Below, piece by piece: positions 1-6,902 of a stretch of 6,902 bases of DNA. The stretch is from Azolla caroliniana (lineage: Eukaryota > Plantae > Polypodiophyta). The stretch is taken from contig JBHGNT010001497.1 of assembly GCA_043228905.1 (NCBI GenBank), positions 1-6,902 on the forward strand, given 5' to 3'. How positions within the stretch are numbered: position 1 is the stretch's first letter; every line of letters starts with the position of its first letter. The notes beneath the pieces are model-generated. The model ran no database searches and had not been told where the DNA came from. It saw nothing but the letters and a program-made list of their open reading frames with translations. The translations under genes and the position numbers were made by a program.

Positions 1-29
1 ATGATTCTAACACGTAAGTATGGGGTGAG

Positions 30-245
30 AGTTCTCGGAAAAAGCATTGCCAACAACTGGTCGCATTGCCAATTGATCGTTATGCTCGCCAATAACTTGA
101 AGATACTAGAAGATATGTGGAGCAGAAAAAATCCAAATTACAATCATTTGAGGTCATTTGGTTGCAAGACATGTGCTCATGTACCTTGGAAACCTTCACC
201 TAAAGTTGGATTTGAACTCTTTACAGGGGAATTTTTCTTGGGTAT
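30..245 (+). mobile_element. Old, highly degraded Ty1/copia remnant (integrase C-terminus / SH3 region)
   Basis: Frame 1 gives LEDMWSRKNPNYNHLRSFGCKTCAHVP, compare the copia pattern PEE.WSG.KP....LR.FGC.AY.HVP. Shifting frames then gives KLDLNSLQG and IFLGY (203-245), compare KLD.KS..CIFLGY. It needs multiple frameshifts, and the boundaries are approximate. Confidence 0.7.
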
Positions 246-830
246 TAGACCAAAACATGAGCAATCCTTTCCCGGTGCGATTGGTGGACATAGAGGAGGA
301 GATAATTTTGAGTGAGCCATTAGTTGTGGGTTGGGTTTGGACAAGTAATCTCTAGTATATGCTAATAGGAATACTAATGCTGTTGATGATGAGTGGGATG
401 AAGTTTAGGGATTAGGTCATATTTGGGTTGCCTTACGACACTCCACTTCTACAATAGCATTTGCCTTTTGCATCTTCTCTCCAATCTTCTATTGTGATAA
501 CTAGTTTCTCTTCGCAAAGTGACCGTATGTATATCCCTAATGGGACTAAATATAGATGATTGTGTCGTGCATTTTGTCATGAGGGTTCTAATACATTTTA
601 CGTACTTATGGTAATGCTATTGACATTAATTGCCATGCAACTTACGCAAATTTTCAAAATGCTCTAACTTGTTTTCCATCTAATGTACGCATAATCTCTT
701 CAAATAATAAACTCACGCTATGTACTTATATTTCAAAATGCAGCTAGAATATATTTATATTGCCAATCATCCATTGGTAGCACTTTACTTTCCAGTTGAG
801 AGACAAAGAGCTACTGGTTTGCACATATAA

Positions 831-907
831 AATAAGATTTTGATCAAAGTAGCATAGATACCATTACTTCTCAATTATAATAAGATTTTGATCAAAGTAG
901 CATAGAT
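831..907 (+). repeat. 29-bp direct repeat AATAAGATTTTGATCAAAGTAGCATAGAT (831-859, 879-907; third copy at 1094-1122 inside the larger duplication)
   Basis: Exact copies read directly from the sequence. Confidence 0.9.
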
Positions 908-1271
908 TCAATTAACTACTTAACGTAATAGCCATCTAGTAAAGATTTTGAGTAGTGGGCATAATTGATACATGATTGTTATTTAGAAACTCAATAGTTT
1001 ACTATGATCCAAAGAACGTAGAAGCCTTATAAGTGCAATATGGATTCAATGACATCTAGTAAAGATTCATACATACCATTACTTCTCAATTATAATAAGA
1101 TTTTGATCAAAGTAGCATAGATTCAATTAACTACTTAACGTAATAGCCATCTAGTAAAGATTTTGAGTAGTGGGCATAATTGATACATAATTGTTATTTA
1201 GAAACTCAATAGTTTACTATGATCCAAAGAATGTAGAAGCCTTATAAGTGCAATATGGATTCAATGACATC
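858..1271 (+). repeat. 199-bp direct duplication (858-1056 and 1073-1271, period 215)
   Basis: Compared by eye, the copies are identical except G974/A1189 and C1017/T1232. They are separated by a 16-nt spacer (1057-1072). Confidence 0.95.
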
Positions 1272-1988
1272 AATTTGCATGCCAAGTGGGATGTGTAATT
1301 GAACTTAATCTTAGAGAATGAAAAAAACAAAAGAAAAACGTTAACATTTTTCATCCAAAGTAGCACAATGCATTTTCTTTTGGTAGAAAGTTGGTATAGT
1401 TCCAAGTATTCTCATCATTTAAAATACAATCCTAAATGTAGTTTCGAAACCATGCCTTTGATTATAGCTCTTATCGTTCATATGAATGTAGCCTTGGAGT
1501 AGGATTATGCCTTCCAGAATCTTTTTGGTACATGAAACTTGATCCGTTGCTTGTAACATTATTCTAAGATACAATTTGAACATATATAGATGAACAAGTG
1601 TGATTAATCCTTGAGACACAATGATTAATCTTTAGATGTATTCATTTCTTAATTATTTTATTCATAACTTTGGGGTATAATCAAGACAAAGTAGACATAT
1701 ACATGAAATTATACCTTCACAAGCCTCATTAGGAAGACTACACATACATGTAATCAAGAGTAGTTCACCTACAAATGCTTATATGACTATGCATTACCAA
1801 ATCAAGGGTATTTATCTCACAAGCCATACATGTGCATCAACCAAGGGGAACTCATACACTTGAAACAAAACACTATAACTTGTGTTTGCTCCTATTTAAC
1901 GATAGACTACAATTAGGTATCCTTCCTATCTAATAGACTATTGTCCAAGTGGTTTACTAAGAGAATGGGGTTGCATTCAATAAATGGG

Positions 1989-2339
1989 TGTCATTGCACA
2001 ATGATATGAAGCAAACGAGCATGTAAGTTTGTGGTGAAGCATGTGCATATGTCTCTTGTGTGTGCACCTATATAAAAAGGCCTAGCTTGTCTTTGGTCGA
2101 ATTACTTGGGTTAAAGCAAGTGTATATTCAACTTTAGCTTGTCATAATTGGATACCTTGTGGTAGAACAATAGTTGCGAGACGATAGATGAAAACCTCTT
2201 GAATTTTGCATGATGAATGATTTGCAATAAATCAATTGCTAGGTGCACAACCTCATGTTTTAGTGCTAGAAAGCCACACTCAAATCATGAAATTCTCTCT
2301 TAGCAAGTGCATAACACAAGTTTGGGGGGAATTTCAACA
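1989..2339 (+). mobile_element. Possible solo/relic LTR
   Basis: TATA-like CCTATATAAAAAGG (2067-2080), then AATAAA (2226-2231), then a copia-type terminus TTTCAACA (ends 2339), in U3-R-U5 order. No matching 5' terminus or target-site duplication was found, so the start coordinate is a guess. Confidence 0.3.
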
Positions 2340-2650
2340 AATCGCTCGTAAGTGTAGATTAAAAAAAGGCCGTTATCATTTCATGGAAAGTTGTTGAATT
2401 AGTGAAGAACACATTTCATGCTCATTTTTGGCCACTCCCGATTTTAGTTTACATGGTCAAAAGTAATTATTAGCATTGCCCCTCAAGGTTTCAAAACAAA
2501 GCGTCATATTAAAATATATCAACTTGATACAAAGATAATGAAGTGATTATAATGTGTGCTTTTTTTGTTGGTGGTGTGTTTTTTGAAAGTAAAATCTTTA
2601 GAGCAAGGTTAAGGAATTATTTTTTGGGGGATTTTAAAGTTTGTTTACCT

Positions 2651-3883
2651 TTAGTAGGGGTCGAATCGAGGCGTGCCACTGGACATGCTGAAAGCGGGCG
2701 CGGTGGAGCGGACGCGTAGCTCGTACGAGCCAGGGCCCGGGCAGAGCTCCTTGCCTTTCTCGTCATGGCGTGTGCCCATCGAGAACTTGGGCGAGGCAGT
2801 GTGGACAACATCGAGGTCAAGGCAATAGGACGCGGGGCCCGGGGTGTCCGACTTGCGCCGTGAGGTGTACCGACGCGGGATGCTGAACGCGGGGCCCACG
2901 GCGGCCGGTTTGATATTGTATGCGCCTGGGCCCGGGTTTGGTGGCGCGTGTGAGACGGGGGCCCTCCCGGCTATGGAGTAGGCGGGGCTCCCGGTGATGC
3001 GGGATGCGTCGTACGTGCCGGGCCCCGGGGTGGGTTCGCCCCGCGAGCTCAGCTTCCGGGTGGCGATGGTGTATGCGGGCCCGGTCTCGGTGCGGGACGA
3101 GTGGAGCGGGGTGTAGGAGCCAGGCCCAGGGCTGCCTTGGTCGTCGGCCGAGGCCTTGGAATGCCTGGAGCTGATGGTGAAAGCGGGGTCGCGTTGATGG
3201 GTGAGGGCTGCGCCGAGGTCGAGCTGGTACGAGCCGGGGCCGGGAGTGGTGGCCGAAGAGCTGGAGGAGGAGGGCCACCGGCCGAGGATGGAGTAGGCCG
3301 GGGCGTGCACGCCCGGTACGCGGGGCTGGTACGACCCAGGCCCGGGGCCAATGTCTTGTGAGTCCTTCTTGCTGCGGGTGGCGATCGTGTACGCGGGGCT
3401 CGACGGCCGGTTGCTCAAGGGGGTGTAGCTTCCGGGGCCGGGCGAGCGGTCGGAAGCCGAGGCCGAGGTTGGGCGCTTGCCGGGGATGGTGTGGGCGGGG
3501 CCCGATTCAACCTTGGGGAGGGTGTACGCGCCGGGGCCCGGGCCGTAGTCGGTGGTGCCGGAGCGGCGGCGGCCGGCCAAGGTGAAGGCGGGCTCTTTCG
3601 GGTGGGTGATGTCGGGGGTGCCGAGGTTGTAGGTTCCGGGCCCGGGCAAGCGAGTCTTCTCTTGATCCGAATTGGACGACGGGTGCTTCACGGGGATGGT
3701 GTAGGCGGGGGCGGCCGAGAAGGTGGTGGTTTTAGGGTTGTAGGTGCCGGGGCCCGGCTGGCCATCGGTGGTGCCGCTTCCGCCAGATGGCTTGTAGGCG
3801 ATGGAGTAAGACGGCGAGGCCGGAGTGATGGGACGGACGTCCAGGTTGTACGCCCCGGGCCCCGGGGTCCTCTCACGAGGCAT
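2651..3883 (-). CDS. ODF3: SHIPPO-repeat (sperm-tail PG-rich repeat) protein, ODF3/CIMAP1/STPG family; putative ciliary/flagellar doublet microtubule-associated protein, 410 aa
   Basis: Uninterrupted ORF from ATG (3883-3881) to TAA (2653-2651), with an in-frame TGA five codons upstream (3898-3896). It has 12 copies of PGP[GA][AST]Y, each followed 8-13 aa later by P[ASK][YFH][ST][ILM], with mean spacing about 34 aa, and ends in PRFDPY. This matches the SHIPPO-rpt signature of ODF3-family proteins. The ORF coincides exactly with a GC-rich island. The symbol denotes the family; one-to-one orthology is not established. Confidence 0.88.
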   Translation of the reverse strand: MPRERTPGPGAYNLDVRPITPASPSYSIAYKPSGGSGTTDGQPGPGTYNPKTTTFSAAPAYTIPVKHPSSNSDQEKTRLPGPGTYNLGTPDITHPKEPAFTLAGRRRSGTTDYGPGPGAYTLPKVESGPAHTIPGKRPTSASASDRSPGPGSYTPLSNRPSSPAYTIATRSKKDSQDIGPGPGSYQPRVPGVHAPAYSILGRWPSSSSSSATTPGPGSYQLDLGAALTHQRDPAFTISSRHSKASADDQGSPGPGSYTPLHSSRTETGPAYTIATRKLSSRGEPTPGPGTYDASRITGSPAYSIAGRAPVSHAPPNPGPGAYNIKPAAVGPAFSIPRRYTSRRKSDTPGPASYCLDLDVVHTASPKFSMGTRHDEKGKELCPGPGSYELRVRSTAPAFSMSSGTPRFDPY

Positions 3884-3928
3884 TCTCTCTCTCTCTCAAC
3901 CCTAATTCCTCCTCCTCCTCCTCCTCCT
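3884..3928. repeat. Microsatellites (TC)7 at 3884-3897 and (CCT)7 at 3908-3928, immediately upstream of the start codon
   Basis: Direct reading; GA/GGA-rich on the coding strand. Confidence 0.9.
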
Positions 3929-4238
3929 CTCTGTCTTTCTGTCTTTCTCAACCCTAATCCCTTTGCTTCAAACAAACACCCCCTTTGCTTTTTTTTTTTT
4001 GCTTTCCTTTCAATCCCGCGACTCAGTATTTGATGAGCATTCTCATGATTCCTCAGACCTACTAGTGCTTTTTCTGCAGTCCTTGATTGTTGGATCAGCT
4101 GAGGCGGCGATGCTGGGGGGGCGCTCCACCTCTAGCCATTCGTCCCTCCGCTCTCTCTGTCTCTCTGTCTGTCTTTTTCTATCTCTCCATCGCTATGCCT
4201 CTCTTTTTCTCTCAAGATCCTTCGTTTCTTTGAGCTTT

Positions 4239-4254
4239 GGGGGGGGGGGGGGGG
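4239..4254. repeat. G16 homopolymer
   Basis: Direct reading. Confidence 0.9.
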
Positions 4255-4379
4255 CCCAAACACAGACAGAGGAACAGAGAGAACACAGAGATACAGAGAT
4301 GGAGATGGAGATTGGGGAGCGGAAGGCGGAGGGGGCACCAGCGATGGAAGGACGTGTGGGTATGTCGAGCCAAGCGGCA

Positions 4380-4382
<3 letters not shown>

Positions 4383-4410
<28 letters not shown>
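4383..4410. repeat. (CT)14 microsatellite
   Basis: Direct reading. Confidence 0.92.
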
Positions 4411-4413
<3 letters not shown>

Positions 4414-4444
4414 CTTTCATATTTTTGTTTTTCTGCTTCATTGG

Positions 4445-4472
4445 GTGCAGAAGGGTATGTGCAGAAGGGTAT
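4445..4472 (+). repeat. 14-bp perfect tandem duplication (GTGCAGAAGGGTAT)2
   Basis: Copies at 4445-4458 and 4459-4472. Confidence 0.9.
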
Positions 4473-5112
4473 GCCCGGGAAATAACCAGAAACCCCAGGG
4501 GCATGCATCCCAGGAAATAAACAAATTCCCAGAAGCCTCCCACTTGTACATATTATGTCCCCCTGCTATCGAACAACTTAATCATCGTTTGATAACCCCC
4601 CCATTGCCCCTGCCGAAGCAAGCCTCCCATGTAAACCTCGATAAGCCTTGATTCTTCCATACAATCCAACCGTATACTCATCGACTCGCTGAATGCTATC
4701 CGATATGGAAACCGCTTGTCCTTCCCAGCTCTGTACCCCCTCCCCCCCCATATCGTTTCTTTTGGGACTTTGGTACGTAATACCACACGTGCAACCTCTC
4801 TGTCTTGCCATATCACACACCTCTGTAATGCTATAGGAGAAAACCATGCCCGGTGCACCTATTCACATATTAACTGATGTTATGCATCGACATCATATGT
4901 CTTTTTGATACCTATGCTTCTCCCCACCATGTAAAACCACGCTTTCTACCACCCAAAAATAACGATAAGATAATCATGAATGTAAAGATCTATGGTCTTT
5001 TCATGTGTCTAGATACCAATAACACTTGGAAGATGGATACCTATAAGAGGTATCAATGCTTGAATGTTTTGAGTTCTCAACTAGGAACCCGGTAGGGCCT
5101 AGAGACTTTGCC

Positions 5113-6902
5113 CAACACTGACCGACACCCATTCCCGAAAGAGCGGAACGTGAGCAAAGGTCTACTCGACGTAGTCCATTCCGACGTATGGGGACTGGTG
5201 CAGTCGGCTACATTTGGCGAATGCCGATACTACATGCTCTTCATCGACGACTTCTCCAGGCACACATGGCTCTATCCGATGCGGCAAAAGAGCGAAGTGT
5301 TCAGACACTTCCAAAGATTTAAAAATGAAGTCGAAAAAGCCACTTGTCGTCATGTACGATGCCTTCGATCGGATGGCGGCAAGGAGCTTCTTGGACGATT
5401 TCACGGTGTATCTCCGAAAGGAAGGAATTCAGCGAGAATTCACTTGCCGACACACTTTGCAACAAAACGGAGTAGCCGAGCGCAAGAATCGGCACATCCT
5501 CGAAGTAGCACGGGCCATGATGAACGAGAAGCATATGCCCAAGTCATATTGGGCTGAAGCTGCAAGTACGACCGTCTGCCTAATGAACCGGTGCATAACA
5601 TCTGGAGTGCACGAGGTCACTCTGCACGAAAAATACTTCGGAAAGAAATTGGACTTATCGCACACCCGGATATTGGGCGCGATAGCATACATGCACATAC
5701 CCGACGAAAAGCGGCAAAAGCTAGATCCAAAGTCGGAGAAATGTATCCTCGTAGGATACTCACTCGAATGAAAGGGGTACAAATGCTACAACCCATCTAC
5801 CCGAAAAGTTCGAGTAAGTCGAGACGTCGTGTTCAACGAATCCGCATCCTGGTACGCACCAGAGAAGATTCCGACTTCGACCCCGATCGACGCGGAACTG
5901 GTCGAACAAGAGCGAGAAGGTGGAGGTCACCTCGAAGACATGTTCGAATATAGCTTGATTACCACAAGGCTAAGTGGGCCACAAGAGCCCTCGAGCGATC
6001 AAAGCACATCACGGCCTAGCTCGAAGATGGACAAAAGCAAGGCGAAAATGTCAGAATACGAAGACGATCGCTTCGACGACGATGAGTCGACTCACTCACT
6101 CGACAGTGAGTTCGGCGGCTTCGATGTACCAATCGGAGCTAAGAAAGCCCTCATCTCTACAAATGAAAAGCTCCGTCGCTCCACCCGTGAAAAGAATCCG
6201 GTCAGCCGATTCGGTTACAACGACTTCATGGCATATCACTATGCCTTTATGATGAAGGTGGCGACAGTACGCGAGCCGGAAACATTTTCCGAAACAACCA
6301 AGGATCCGCGATGGATCGAAGCCATGAACGAGGAGATGCTGGCACTACGCAAGAACGAGACATGGGATCTCGTTCTCACCTCACCACACAAAAAGGCGAT
6401 CGGATGCAGATGGATTTACAAAGTGAAGGACAACGCCGACGGTTCCGTCAACTGCTACAAAGCGCAACTCGTAGCGAAAGGCTTCGCCCAAACGCACGGA
6501 GTTGACTACGAGGAGACCTTTGCCCCGGTGGCAAAGATGACGACAGTACAGACCGTAATAGCGCTTGCTGCGACGAAAGGGTGGCACCTCCATCAAATGG
6601 ACATCAAGAACGCCTTTCTACAAGGAGAATTAGAAGAGGAGGTGTACATGATACAACCACCCGGCTTCAACTCGAGCACCCATCCGAAAGTTGTAGGCCG
6701 ACTCAAGAAGCTATTCTACGGCCTCAACCAAGCACCGCGTGCTTGGCATTCGAAGATAACGCGATATCTTCATCAAATCGGCTTCCATATGTCAAAATCG
6801 GACAACTCACTCTACATATGAAGCGATTCCACAAGTCCGATTGTCATCATCTTATATGTGGATGACCTAGTCATTGGAGGTGAGCATCTCATTGAAATCA
6901 TT
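5113..6902 (+). mobile_element. Ty1/copia LTR retrotransposon internal region, 5'-truncated and decayed; continues beyond the window end
   Basis: Integrase precedes RT, the copia domain order. Motifs seen: HPFP..LDVVHSDVWG, FIDDFSR, LRSDGGKE, QQNGVAERKNR, YWAEAAST, SH3-like KLDPKSEKCILVGY*KGYKCYNP..VSRDVVF, EPETF..W..AM.EE..L.KN.TWDLV, RWIYKVK, LVAKGFAQ..GVDYEETFAPVAK, LHQMDIKNAFLQG, LYVDDL (YVDD at 6855-6866). Confidence 0.95.
5123..6902 (+). pseudogene. pol: Disrupted copia pol polyprotein (integrase core, SH3 domain, RVT_2-type reverse transcriptase)
   Basis: Split across ORFs 5108-5557, 5214-5771 and 5829-6821. There is a frameshift at 5386/5387 (an apparent loss of 2 nt from GAG TAC TTC) and in-frame TGA stops at 5769-5771 and 6819-6821. 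Copia homology continues past both stops. Catalytic residues: D 5183-5185, D 5372-5374, E 5478-5480. Confidence 0.9.

Larger units (their letters stand above)
3884..4410 (-). promoter_or_regulatory. Putative 5' UTR / core promoter region of the SHIPPO-repeat gene (GA repeats, telo-box-like motifs, pyrimidine patch)
   Basis: Lies directly upstream of the ATG. CTCAACCCTAAT occurs twice (3895-3906, 3947-3958). A minus-strand pyrimidine-rich patch at 4262-4335 is preceded by (AG)14 at 4383-4410. These elements are typical of plant core promoters and leaders. The transcription start cannot be determined from the sequence. Confidence 0.45.

Noticed and set aside
1-355. ORFs 1-315 and 158-355 as host genes
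   Set aside because: Each contains only part of a frameshifted copia integrase/SH3 remnant.
831-1122. Three identical 29-bp repeats resembling a CRISPR array
   Set aside because: The spacers are 19 and 186 nt, the third copy is explained by the 199-bp duplication, there are no cas genes, and the context is eukaryotic.
1217-1619. Short AT-rich ORFs and a minus-strand HVPKRFW snippet reminiscent of copia integrase
   Set aside because: Too short, interrupted by stops, and lacking flanking motifs to support a call.
1679-1845. Scattered short repeats (AATCAAG, ATACATG, TCACAAGCC)
   Set aside because: Only 7-9 bp with irregular spacing in AT-rich DNA. No consistent unit could be defined by eye.
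2651-3883. Alternative reading as a collagen-like, extensin or RNA polymerase II CTD-like protein
   Set aside because: There are no continuous Gly-X-Y triplets, SPPPP motifs, signal peptide or YSPTSPS heptads. The spaced PGPGxY plus PAY/F pattern fits SHIPPO repeats.
2617-4033. Overlapping ORFs (2617-2820, 2817-3278, 3049-3351, 3101-3361, 3358-3585, 3491-4033, 3688-3975)
   Set aside because: These are shadow frames of a GC-rich CDS that is poor in stop codons. The translations are low-complexity Arg/Pro/Gly with no recognisable motifs.
3963-4858. ORFs such as 3963-4520 (+), 4193-4543 (-), 4212-4508 (-) and 4553-4858 (-)
   Set aside because: Most are translations of microsatellites (SLSL, ERER, poly-G/P). 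None shows a recognisable domain.
5108-6821. ORFs 5108-5557, 5214-5771 and 5829-6821 as separate functional genes or a programmed frameshift/readthrough system
   Set aside because: They are fragments of one copia pol. The lesions fall inside the integrase core, SH3 and RT domains and come with substitutions in conserved motifs, indicating decay.

Overview
Eukaryotic genomic DNA, most likely from a land plant that still has flagellated sperm (bryophyte, lycophyte, fern, cycad or Ginkgo; this is inferred, not proven). The one intact gene is a GC-rich, apparently intronless minus-strand ORF (2651-3883, 410 aa). It consists almost entirely of 12 PGPGxY...P[AS][YF][ST][IML] units, i.e. a SHIPPO / sperm-tail PG-rich repeat (ODF3/CIMAP1/STPG-type) axonemal microtubule-binding protein. 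Its upstream region (3884-4470) is rich in microsatellites and polypurine/polypyrimidine tracts. A 5'-truncated, decayed Ty1/copia pol (integrase, SH3, reverse transcriptase; one frameshift, two TGA stops) runs from about 5113 to the window end. The AT-rich left part holds an older copia integrase remnant (~30-245), a recent 199-bp direct duplication with a microhomology junction (858-1271) and a possible LTR relic (~1989-2339). No RNA genes or CRISPR arrays were seen.
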